The position numbers and the translations under genes are program-made. 64,000 bases of DNA from Phoronis australis (Eukaryota > Animalia > Phoronida): positions 1-64,000 of the forward strand of contig NMRA01000051.1 of NCBI GenBank assembly GCA_002633005.1, read 5' to 3'. How positions within the stretch are numbered: the stretch's first letter is position 1; every line of letters starts with the position of its first letter. Of the stretch, positions 1-24,600 are shown piece by piece. The notes beneath the pieces were generated by a model, which did no database searches, was not told where the DNA came from, and was given only the letters and a program-made list of their open reading frames with translations.

Positions 1-1354
1 GGGTCTCCCCTACAAGAAGGTCGGACAAAGCACCCAGTTCGCGTGTCATGAGCTCCACTGTGTTCCGGTGAGGTAAAGAGTCCACTTGAACACCAACTCG
101 GTTCAGGATGCTACCGATTAAAACAGATGCATTGTTAGTTGGTACATTATTCACAATTCCATCGTAGAACATAAGCCTCAGTTCAGTGGGATATGACTTT
201 GACTTCTGAAATGAGGTCCCAACATCACTTTCTTTTTGAGATTTCACTATGTCTTCTAATTCTTCAACATTCTCTTGGAGCTGCTCATTTCTCTGTTGGA
301 GTTCAGCGATGCGCTGGTCATTTGCCCTGAGTGATGGATCAGGAGTGTGACTTCTTGAGCGTTGGCTCCTTAATTTGTAATACCTGAAATACATAAATAT
401 TGATAAGTTCCTTTCGTAATCACTTTTTAACATAAAAAATTAAAAAGCACACTTTTGAATGAGAAACATTTGAGTTTTTAGAGATTTATATTTGTATAAG
501 CAATGACCCTGGTTTTCTAATGTATCATTACAAGATATGCAAATACAAAGTTCACTTCATTTTGCTTACATTCAAAGTATAACTTTCACTCAAACAACAT
601 TTACAAACCTCTTCATTTTACGGTGGGTATTTTTCAGCCTTGCCAATTCAGCCTGAAGTTTCCCACACTGACTTTGTCGTAGTTCACTGATTACTTTATT
701 CTTTTGTTCAATGGTAAGTTTCTGGCGCTTTATCTGTTGAGTCAAATGCTTGATCTGGCATGCTTTTGTAGACTTCAGTGAAGACTTGAGATCACGAATG
801 GTTTTCTTGTACTTAAGCTTTTCAGCAGACTTTTCCTTTGAAACATACTGTAGTCGTCTCTTTAGTTTTTGTTTCCTAGGTGTTAGGGCTTCTGGCTTAG
901 AGGATCTTGTTGAGGTGGATGGCTCTGATTCAGCTGAAGGGCCAGCTTCAAGCTCTGGTTGTGTCAGTTCAGGAGATTCAGGTTCGTGGTGAGGGTCAGC
1001 AACCTCGCAAGACACAGGTTCTTGACTGGGTTCAGGAACGAGAGGAAACAACTCTTCACACACTTCTTTAAACTTGGACATGATTCTTTCACTTGAAAGT
1101 GATGGATACCTCTTTAGTGACCTATTCACCAGCGACATAATGCTGTTTGTAGTAATTTTCCAATTACCAATAAGTTCACGTTTTAAAGTTAACACTGTCT
1201 CTGTCAGGGATTTGTTGCACTGCAGGAACACATAGAGGGCATGACCATTTTTCATGTTTTCACTAGGAACAGAGCTGAAGTTCTCTTGAAGGAACTGTCT
1301 CGCTTTGCCAGGTTGAGACGGAGCTGACAACTTTCTTATTTTTTTTGGAGGCAT
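1..1354 (-). CDS. Spliced putative DNA-transposon transposase, N-terminal part (runs off left edge)
   Basis: Exon 1354-609 (acceptor AG 1 nt before the ATG; MPPKKIRK NLS-like start, coiled coil). GT-AG intron 608-384. Exon 383-1 stays open in frame (YYKLRSQ...YPTELRLMFYDGIVNNVPTNN...LPHRNTVELMTRELGALSDLLVGET). This motif pattern resembles the region preceding the DDE core of invertebrate transposases. The catalytic core is outside the window, so the family is inferred. Confidence 0.6.
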
Positions 1355-2322
1355 TCTGAAAATATAAAAAAGACATGTAAGAAAATTAAGATACCAATGT
1401 ACGTGTCATAATTATATTTGTTGTACACGAAATGATTCAGACTGCTTTGTCCTCATTACAAACCCTCAAACTAAAGTTTGGAATTTTTCAAACTGATGCG
1501 CAACACAGTGAAAAACATGCTACTTAACAACACATAACAGAAAAAATATCATTTTCCATGAGGCGTTTATTGTTCACAAAATGCATTGATTTATCATTTT
1601 TCAAAAAATTAAACAGTTCCTTTCCTTAATAAGTGTACTTCAAGAACTTGGAAAATACAAATGTAAAACTTCTCCAGTTGTGGGCAAAATATGTCAGGCA
1701 AGTGTAATTATATTTTGTCAAATACCTCATAAACTTAAAGGAATCAATGTTTACTTTGATGTACCCACTCAATGATTTTCCAAGCACTAGCAACAAACTT
1801 TTGAAAGAATGACAATATTAGCAACTATTCTTGTCCCAAACTGAATAATTTTTAAACATGTTTGATTAGGAAATCATTACATGTTATTCAATGAAAAAAT
1901 GAACAAAAACACTACTGTCATATGAAATTGACAAAGTGTGGGTTTATTTCCTAAAAAACAGTAAAACATGGCAATATTGTGAAGAAAACCTGGCCAAAAA
2001 TCACTTAAAACATTATCAAAGAATTCGGGTTTTGAGCCAATCAAATGTCTTGGGTTTGGTCACGTGACCAAAATTCGCCGGACAAACACTACCTCTACTA
2101 AGCCTTACTAACTCGTCGATAAACAAAAAATATCAATGAAAATATAAGGAACGTCATCCAAGTTGATCACTTCCGCTATTAATTTACATAAAATAGTCAT
2201 TCTATCAAATTTAAGGGCAATTGTTAACCATGAACTGCCATGCTGACACTGGTCCGTTATGGCTGGTTGGCGAGAATGCCTGCCTCGGGTCTTAATTTTG
2301 CCGGAGTTAGCAGACCATGTTN

Positions 2323-2694
2323 TCTCATTCATAGCAAAATAACCCCTTGGTCGATTTCAATGACCTTTTTATTAAAAACTTCACAATTTACCTCAAAAAC
2401 GCTGTTAGGAATTTTTGATAACTCATTTGTTTTGGTTTCTATGCCAAACGAACTTGCAAAAAATGAGATTCGTATTCTTCTGTCTTACAGTATGGAAAAA
2501 CTAGGCTTTAAAATGAAAATCTTTACAAGATTTTTGAGATGGATGAATCGATAAATATTAAAAATGGAAATCTTCAGTGAAATCCACCCAGCTGTTTTCA
2601 AGTACTTACGTTACTAAATTCAAATTAAATCAATTTGCCGAAACTGAGAAAAAGCCGAAAATGTTGCGAGTCGTCAAATGTGAGCGAGGGACCT
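2323..2694 (-). repeat. Dispersed repeat, probable terminal region of the left-edge transposon
   Basis: The reverse complement aligns by eye with 15868-16260 (e.g. ggctttttctc[a/g]gtttcggcaaat, aaatcgaccaagg..ttattttgctatgaatg). Bounded on the left by the N at 2322. Confidence 0.7.
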
Positions 2695-5217
2695 TTACAC
2701 ATATACCTGGCTACTCGAACTCGGTTCCACTCAAAGTAGAGGTGATTCAGTAGTGATACAACATGGGGGGTGAGGACAATTGTAAAAACTGTAAAGAATG
2801 CACTTTGACTCTATAGTCTACATACAGCTATTGTAACTGGCTGGGTTGAGGATGGTTGCCCCCAGGCACAGCCTCATAGGTGATCCGCAAGGTGGGCACA
2901 AACCAAACAAAATAGAGAAAGGTGCTTCAGGTAACATCAGTATTATCGGATTGTAGAAATGAGAATCAAAAGTTATTTTATTTCATTTGTTGTCAGTTTT
3001 AAAACTTCAGTTCATGTGTGCTGTGTTACCAGGTCGAAGTAAAGTCCAGTTGATAATTTTGTTTGTTTTTTGTTGTGTCAAATGTAAGCACACTCATGCA
3101 AGTTAGAGTTTAAACCAGTGTCAAAGAGGAACAGAGTGAGCAACTTACTTGTGCCATTGTTGGTGAGGGAGGCTTGTAAAATGACATTAATAACAAAATT
3201 GTGGCCTTGTTAATTACCAGTAGTTATTCCCACTACCCTCTTAGGAGAGAATCTCTTACAAATTAAGCAATAAATACTCGTGTAATCCTTCCTGGTTATG
3301 AAGACATCGTTTTAGTCTTTGCATTTAGTAGTCTATGTGCTTATTATTATTTGTTTGCCGTTTAATGTGTTTTTGTGCTTCATCAGTAGTAACTATGTGT
3401 AGATAACTGCAAGCAAAAAATTGCCATTTATTTGTGCTTCACCAAATTAGTCTAAGATACCATCTGTGGCACTATATCATAGCCAAATAGTGAAACTAAA
3501 ACCAGTAGGTCCACTGTATTTTGTTCATCTCACAGTCGAACATGCTATATTATTTAAAAACAGATCAAAAAGTGATGGTTTGCCTTTAAATAACCCATGG
3601 GGTCTATGTGCTTTTATGAAAACATTGATATTGTATTTGTCTGAGACAGGTCATAATACTTTTTACTGGCCAATCATTAAATTTTAACAATGTAAATGCA
3701 AGGCTGATATTACATAAATTGTATTAATCTAGTCTCCTTGAATCGTAATTACAATAACAGAAAATAATAAAATACGACTGAGGGCATGCATATAGTTCAA
3801 CTGGGCCGAGAAAATACATCCCAGTATAGTGAAATGGGACATATCTAAAGGTCTGAGAGAACCACTGAAATTTCGTCGGACATGCGTGTCCCATAGACAT
3901 GAGTTTTACTATGCATGTACTGTTTGTATGACAGAGAAAGGGAAACTTGACACTTGTTGAAATATGTGCGTAAGTCTTCTGTAATTAGAATCCGGCTTGG
4001 TAGAAATAATTCCATTTCATAGACTCTGCCTTTAGTTTCTCATTAATCCTTGGCAACAGGTGTTTATAGGAGTGATTGTCTGCAAGGCTAAAATTATTGA
4101 TTCAAGGGAGCATGAGTTGGACAGAGTGTTGTCAACTATAACATGGCTATTTTCTATATCAAAGTTCTTTGTGATTGTATCAATGCAGCGTACTGTCAAG
4201 GGACATCCAACGAGTAGAATTGAAAGTGAGCATCTTATTATTTTTCAAATTCTTGTTGTTTTGAGAATTAGTAAATTGTCAATCACACGTTAATTTAAGA
4301 CAGGATTCTGCCGTGTCCTTGTGGCTGGTATGAACAACTAGATTCCAGTTGGAGGCTATTATGTGTCAGAAGTTGAAATGGGCAGACAGCTCTACCTAAT
4401 TGTTGAAGATTGAAAAGAAATGCTCTTATACAAAAGTCAGAACAGATATACGCTACATTACAGTAGGAATGAGCCAACCCCAGTGTCCCATTTGTCAACT
4501 TTTGGTAAAATTATTATGGGTACATATCATGTCCCTGTGAAATACTTTTGTTTTCTAATTTTGTTAATGTGTATGCAATCAATTAAAATTTTCATAGTTT
4601 TTAGACCTCCCTGTTTTTTAATAACTTGAGGAAGATTCCAGCTGTTTTGAAAGTATTGTGCCTTGACATTATCTTAGCATTTCATTTTTATTTATCGACA
4701 TTTCTACTCAAATGCCAATGTTTTAGAAAAAAATGTTGAAATAACTCTTTTCTGTCCACATAAATGTAATACGTCTCATTGACTGCATCACTTCTGTGGA
4801 CATGCATTGCTTATTGATATTTGCCACCAATGCACTTGTGATGAAAATTGCCTTTGCTTGTTATGTGATGATAACGCAGGTGGTGCACATGCACAGTGCT
4901 GGCTGGAGATTGAATCGGAATACTCTTGGACGTATCTTGAGGTACATTTTGGGGAATCTCTCACTTGGTGATGTGCATTAAGGAGCCTATAGACAATTTG
5001 GTCTGGTTTTTTTCACCCTGACCAGATTACATGCAGTAATTTCTGGATGACAATTCTTTGGATTTAAAATTTTTAATTTTAAAATTGTAAATGAACTTTG
5101 TTTCATGATGAGTGTGAGGATGTTGATCTTTTTGCCTGCTTGTAGATCTAGGGTTTCCCGGACTGTTTCGTATTGCGTCGCCTCATCTTGAGAATTCTGT
5201 TTACTTTGTTTTTTCAG

Positions 5218-16938
<11,721 letters not shown>

Positions 16939-19360
16939 GATGGTGCTAATCCACACAGCAGTGCAATGATTTTCTATACTAATTCTAAGTAAATCATTCT
17001 CACTTCGTTCAGATGTGTTTACTAAAAATCATGTAAACTGCTACTTAGGAGCCTGTCTGGCATTTGCTTAGCTTGCCACTAGTGGGGTGATATAGAGGTT
17101 ACATGAGAGGTAACCAAAACCAAAATGTGCTTTTTTGCGAGAATTCTAACTGGAGGTGGTTGAGTCGTACAAAAAAATGAACCCTCCCATTTTGAGTATT
17201 TTATCATGAACTCAGCTCATTGTGAAAACTGTGTTAAATAGTCTGCCAGTTTTGTTATGTTGTGGGATGTGTTGCAGCTTCTATTTACAAATAGGCTCCT
17301 CTGAAAATACACCTTTCTGCAGGGCGTGTCAGCCCTGGCTTGAAGTTATCTCCTCTGATACATTGCCTTGACATGTATTATGTGAAAACAGCATTTTATG
17401 GTTTATGACTCCATCGTCATGTAATTGTTAACTGTCAATCTTCATTTTTCTTGAACCATTTCCTAGCTTTGTGCAATTAAACAATGTTTATCTTTATTTA
17501 TGATAACAAGTGTTCATTGAAACATGTTCACATGCTTTAGTGCCAAATTAGTAGCTATGATATGTCCAGGTAAACACTCTCAGAGGTGGTTATCAATCTG
17601 TGTCTTTTCTTCAAGTTTTGAGGCATCTTATCTGGTTTGCTATCAAATCAGATTTATTGGCAAATGAACAAAAAAATAGATAGCACCATTACTGCAGTTG
17701 AAACTAACGTGTTTTATAACAAAGCAATGATAGGTCAGTATCTCATTGTTATATCATTTCTTAAAAGTTTCTTTAATTATCAAGTATACTTATGAAGTAC
17801 TTCCTTTCCTGGTGAATGAATTTTTCTTGTTAATGAGTTAGAACACCATTTCAGTATCTAATAGCGGTGATCTACTCTCCTTGATTTTAGAAATTAAAAG
17901 TTAAACATGATGTGTGGGTAGCAAGGCTTAAAATTTTAATTCTTTCTGGATGGTTTTATTTCTGGTGATCACTTATGTACCAAAATTGTTTTCAGTGAGA
18001 TCTTTGACAATGGGAGGTGCAATTTAAATTTAGATTTTGTTGAAGTAAAGCAGTTTTGATAATGTTCTGTAAGACTAGCTATCAAAGGCTTTGTCTCACC
18101 AGTGTAGTTAGTTCTAAATGACGTTATCTTGAAAAGGGGAAAACAGCTCGAGTGGGAGCAGACTAAGTTGTACTATCTGGGTGAGAACTCCATGGACGGT
18201 GCGAATTAGAGGCACTTTGTGGTCAGAAGTTGCTCGTTTTTGGCTATCGGCCGAGCTGATTTCATTAAGATGTAAAAACAGGCTCGGACATTCTGAAGAA
18301 CGAGTTTGGTGTAAGAGGACCTTATTAACTAAAGCTAAATTGAAGTTTTATTGCAAGTTAGAATTACTAACTATTGAGAACTATACTTAGTAACTTGAGC
18401 TTCCTTTACAAAGTGGGATTAGCTGTCGGTATTTGTGAAACAATTCTGTAATTATGGTGCTTTGAATGTTCCATTTCTGGCCAGCCATTTGTGAAGCATT
18501 TTCCAGAATGGACGAAGTAGTTAAAAATGACATTGGGTGTTATGTGACGAAATCTACTTCAGTATGAAGTCATTAATAAATTCTATAAGTAAAAACTGAA
18601 TTTGTGTTGCATGTTCTCTACCATGTTGTCTACCTAACTGCTGAAGAATCTGCATTAAATTTGAAGGGACACGGACACATTATTTAAATTGTGTCCATGT
18701 GCATATGCTTTCTTCATTATGATAATGAGAATAATGGTAATGAGACAGAATTACGCAGCTGCTACATTGGACGTTTGTAGAGCCTTTCAACATAAATTAT
18801 TTAAGTAACTTCAGTATCAATCTCGGGCTCATTTAACCTAGTATTTTGGTATTCTAGACATCTATTTACAAATTGAGCATAATTATACCTACACCTTTGC
18901 TCTGCTCGTCTTCCATCAGTATTAACCAAAGGGACAGACCGACCCAAGCCAACTGACCCGCCGTTCGAATTTCATAAAGCAGAAATAAACCTGCCTTCCA
19001 TCACAAAAACCAGGTTATAATTTAGACCACGTAACGGAAATTGTATTTTAGTCAAATTGGAGATTTCAAGGCTTCACAAGAACTGACAGTTTTAATTTCC
19101 TGGAGAGCAGGCTTTACAAGTTGTCACAGTGTGACATGTAAACAGGCTGTACAAGTTGTCACAGTGTGACGTGTATTTGCTGAGCATGGTATCCAGGAAT
19201 TATAAGGTCAGTTAGTTCTTTGCAAACCCAGAAATCTCCTTGCATCTTTTCACTGTTGTAGACTGCAGGACCAGATAAAGTCAAGGTCGCGTAGGATTGA
19301 ATGAAAGTTGGTTAATACTGGGAGATCATAACTGGCAACTTATTTTTTTGCATCCATCCC

Positions 19361-19510
19361 CAGTGGCAGATTTAGAGGGGGGGGGCATGGGCCCCCTAAA
19401 ATTCTCCCAAATTACATTTGGCAGTTCGGGGTGCGAATGTCTGACGGGCAAAATCCTGGCTAATACTCTGCCCTGCCCCCCCCCAACTCAAAATCCTGAA
19501 TCAGCCCCTG
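19361..19510. mobile_element. Short MITE
   Basis: Imperfect TIRs cagtggcagatttag / ctgaatcagcccctg with G-run and C-run subterminals. Confidence 0.65.
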
Positions 19511-21677
19511 ATCTCTAGCAACTAGAATTTAGCCTATTTGTAAAAGATGACAATTGCTATTTTTTGGTTGACATGGCTTAGTGGTGTGCCCTTTGTTATT
19601 TTGTGAGTTGCATGCACCCACACAGACACACACATTACAAGGCAAGACTGTAATATGTTGTAATGACCACTTGCTTTAAGTGACTTAAAGACCAAGATTA
19701 ATAAATTTATAATAAAATAATTCATTTAGCCCATAGTACAAATGAAATACTACTTTGAGATGTTCCAGGAACCTAAAACCAAAGACAAAGTTGAACATAA
19801 ATGCATGATGACTACAAACATTTTACCAATTATCGTTCAAAGCCAAGAGTACAAGCAGTTGCTGAGAACATGCCAATGTGTATGGCCTTGCTTCCAACTA
19901 AGTTGCCAGTTGGGTAACAATCACTAACAGGGGTCCCAACTTTTGAGAACCAGTTTTCTCTTCTGAATGACGGGCATCAAACTGGTTCTCAAAATCCAAG
20001 ACCCGTGTAAGTGGCTATTGCCACCAGTTGTATAATAGCAATGAAATACTAATACTAAATAGTGATTGACTATTCTACAAGTCAAAATACAGATCTCCAG
20101 CTAAAGTTGAAAACGCGAGATAGACAGGATTTAACAGACAATGATAATTAAAAGGACATTTATGTTTTTCAAGTATATCAAAAATAAAACAGGTCACTCA
20201 CAAAATATATCTTAAACTTTCTCACACCATGATAGCTAATGATTTCCATCCGAAACAAATGGTTAATAGTATTCTTGGTACATAAAGTGTCTAAAATGAG
20301 TTGGCCAACCGTTCCAAAACTGGGCCACATCATATAAGTCACGGGTGATCTATTAAATCATTTAATGTTAGGCACCATTCTATTGGTGCCGTGGCAACAA
20401 ATTTTTTGCCAAGTGGAAGCTAATCAGCCTATTTCATGATCTTCATGCTTCGACCATATGTAACTTGAACGAAATACCCCTTTAAGTGAGCATAAAATAT
20501 GCAAACATAAAAATTTACCATAGAGTATATTCTCTGTTATTTGGAGGACCTATAACATTTAACTGCAAATAACACAGAAACTGGGTCAAAAGTAATAGTT
20601 TTAGTTTTGCATTAGCTTTTGTGAATATTGTAGTGACAAAATTTAAGAAAATAAACATCAAACTGCACTTAAAACTTAACAGAGCAGCTACAACCTACAG
20701 AAGCAATCAATAACTTCCACTTGACACAGAATGAAGAGTAATAACTATGGATACAAACTAACCCTATTAAACATTTCATTTCCACTAAGGATTTCCGAGA
20801 CATTCATAAGTGGCACAGAGGCTTTTATTTGCACACATATGTGTCAATGTCACCTTGCCAAAAATATAAACAAACCACACCGTAGCATATGTCATGAGTT
20901 AGCAAATCATAGAGCCTAACAGCTTAGTAAATTCATTTTTTACCATCTCACAGCAATGTGTTCATTTGCACCACAAGTCCAATCATCTCATGTAGTTAGG
21001 CAACAAACACACCTTGTGCATGGCCACAGTTCAAGAAACTTTTCAAGTGGTTGATGGCATAAATTCCTCATAGATGGCACCACAGGAGACTAGGTGCACC
21101 ACTCATGTCTGTCCCAGACCACAAACAAATCATAAACACAGATATCAAGAAATAAATATATTGATCACAATATTCAACCTTTACTATAAATGAGACCACT
21201 TGTTTCTTGCATGTTGGGCAAATCATTGAGTAATTTCAGATGACTTTATAGCAAGTCATAAATAAAAAGCTTCCGTCAGATCGGCCACCTCAGCGTTGCA
21301 CAAATGGAACTTTTTTGACTCTTCAGACCTAGTAACATTTTTCACAACTCATGAAACTAAAGATACACCTGCAGATACCACACCTGCCAAAGTTGCCTAA
21401 GCAGATAGCTTACAACATGAAGTCAATATACCTGTTACTAATATCGTACATTTGACTTTAGCACCAGCAACATCATGAAAACAGTGAAAAGTGCGTGTAG
21501 TAATAATTCCACTGATCATCATTCAAGCCATGAATTTAAGATTGATAAATCATGAATTCAGATCTAGTCATGCATTTTAACAAAAACCAACACGCACATT
21601 AGATACATTTGAGACATTTCAACAGAAATAAGAATGATGGTAAGCACCAGTGTGTTTCAGATCTCAACAACAATTTG

Positions 21678-24600
21678 TCAAACGGACGACACTTTTCCCA
21701 CAAGATTGCCATTTTGTATCTTGATTGTTTCATCCTGAGTCTGTGCTTTTCCAACTGGTTGTTTTTCAATGAATGTGATGTAGGTGTAAAATATGCTGCC
21801 GGCAGCGCTGCAATAACAACATATGTACAAATTAACAAAGAAAGATAACAACCAAATCCGTCTCAATATGCTAACAGTGAAATACATAAACGGTACTTTT
21901 GAAAAAAATTGATGACATTTTTTCTAATCAAACATTGCGCATGATTTTAGTTATTTTTCTTATGGATTTCTTCAGGATTTCCTCCATAACCAGATGAATT
22001 TCAGCAAAATTCATCAACTGTTTAAAACTTCTAGTTTCTTTCCATAGAACCTATTGCATGATGACAGCAACGTGGTTGTCCCTTAGTGACAGTTCCACAC
22101 CAGCTTCTTGAATTCAAAATGCCATACCTGTACAACAAGCTCCTAACTTTTAAGTTACCAGCAACTAGTACGCCTTTGTGTATCTTTCATTGACTTCACG
22201 GTGAAAACTGTGTTCAAGATGAATACGTACCTCACATTTAAACCCATAAAATTAGACCAGCTAAATATGTAGTCACCACCTATCACCATACCCGCATAGG
22301 TAACAATTAAATTCTGAAACAAAACTAGAAATGTTAGAATTTCATTTTACCTCAGACCATGCTCTAATTTTAGATAAAATCTGAGTCCATTTGATTTTGT
22401 TGAAACTGGCCAGAACATATTCTTCAGCTCTTCATTTTTTTCCCAGAAAATAAAAGCTGAAATTATTTTTACATTATTCAATCATGGCTGAATACCTAGC
22501 AGCAAATACTGTAAACTTTATCAAGTGTTGTTTTACAATATCTATACAATGCAAAACAAGCTAGGAAGAGGCTAAAATTTTTGTAATTTTCATTTTTGTT
22601 GAGAAATTTGACAAAATCAATTTTCACAGTATGTGCTCAGCTGGTAAAGAGCAGCCATGCATGAAATGTGAAGTAAAGCCTTGGTTTTAATTTCAGAGAT
22701 TTTACACTTACCGGTATCACTGCAACTACACAGAAGTCGCAAAAATGAACTATGAGAATACTACAACAGTTATGCAGACACAAGTTACTACCATAAGTCC
22801 TTATTTCAGTAAACCACCATGAGCATGTTGACCTTGATGGCATGTTGACCTTGATGGCATGTTGACCTTGATGTCATAAAAATTTGTGATCTCACTGAAT
22901 GTCTTGATTTTGAAAATTTGAAGATGGGTAGCAGTTAATTTTCAATTTTGAAATCCATGACAAAATTTCTTTTTGCCTTAAAAATAACAAGTGAGGAACC
23001 TATCAGAAAAATCAAAAGACTCGCATGATGCTTTTAATTGTGACAAAATCACAGAATGAACTTTTTATGCATGTTTGTAGGCTTGTAGTCTCTAACTACT
23101 GTGTAGTCTCTAACTACTGTGTAGTCTCTCACTACTGTGTAGTCTCTAACTACTGTGTAGTCTCTAACTACTGTGTAGTCTCTAACTACTGTGTAGTCTC
23201 TAACTACTGTGTAGTCTCTAACTACTGTGTAGTCTCTAACTACTGTGTAGTCTCTAACTACTGTGTAGTCTCTAACTACTGTGTAGTCTCTAACTACAGT
23301 GTTAGTAGTCTTTAACTACTGTGTAGTCTCTCACTTCTGTTACATAATGTAAAATTGTCCAGTTTAGGACAGTGAAAATTAATTATTTTGGACAAGGTCA
23401 GCATCAAGTCTATTTTCAGATTCTGTTGATAAGAACCTAGTGTTCAATATTTTCAAAATATGACAAATATCAAAATCGTCTTTGTCCCAATCTCCAGAAC
23501 CAAGAAATTCCCTTTCGGCATCCCAAATTTAAGTGACTGTCACAAACTGGAGAATTTTCACTGTAACATCACAACTTCAAGTAGAAATTACACAAACCTT
23601 TAAAACTCCAACAATGGTAGTAGTAAGAGCTGAGTTGTGTGATGTACAGAGGACAATGGAATACATCAAGACGAAGCCCATGATACATGATAGACCAAAC
23701 TGGATGACAAAATAGGGATCTGACCAGCCACTGTAGTCTAAGGTCTGAAAAGTAAATGGATCGGTCATTATTTAACATGTTAGTAAATGGTAGCATTATC
23801 ATAACTAATAAGAACATATAAACAATACTCACAGCAAAAAATAAAAAATCATTAAGAGCCTTTTGATAGTGATCCATTATCATGTCCACCAGGTGTCGTG
23901 GGACCAGGCTTGAAGGTTCTGCTCTTCAGAATTTGGTTATAAATTCTCGGAAATTGATACCTCCCACCGTCTCTATTCAAGCTGGAACCGTGAATTGCAT
24001 TACGAACAGACTCCTTCACTCCCCACTGGAACCAGTTATTTAGGTTAAGTATCAACTTCCTAGAATCTACAGCCATAGTCTCAAGAGCAGATGCTTCAAA
24101 CCCCACTCCCATGATACCAAGTGGACATTCTCAACACTTGAAAAGCCTCCTGTCAAAAACTCAACGACCACTAGGAGGTCCTACAGTGGTCGAATCCGCC
24201 TGGAAATTTAATGGTGCACTGCATTGCCCTAACATATTTCTGTGTCAACATTCACTCATTTCTCTATACATCACCTGGAAACCCTCTCACACAAAGTGGC
24301 CACAAGGAGGCAATGCAGTTGTCGAATCCGCTCGAAAATCAATTGATGCAAGTACAATCTCATAATATACCTCTGTGTCAAGTCTCGATGAAACTTGTCT
24401 ATTGGTTCTTTATATATCATCTGGTAATGCTTTTACCCCAAACAACACTTCAAAAGCCCATGTCGTAAACAAAATGACCACAAGGACATGCTACACTGGT
24501 CGAAAATTTAATGGTGCCACCGTTTCGTCATCCACTGTGTCAATTTTTATTGAAATCCGTCAATCTGTTCTCTAAATATCATCAAAAATGCTCTCATACA

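Noticed and set aside
23085-23334. Hairpin-forming 18-bp repeats as a CRISPR-like array or VVSNYC protein
   Set aside because: No unique spacers; a pure tandem minisatellite in an intron
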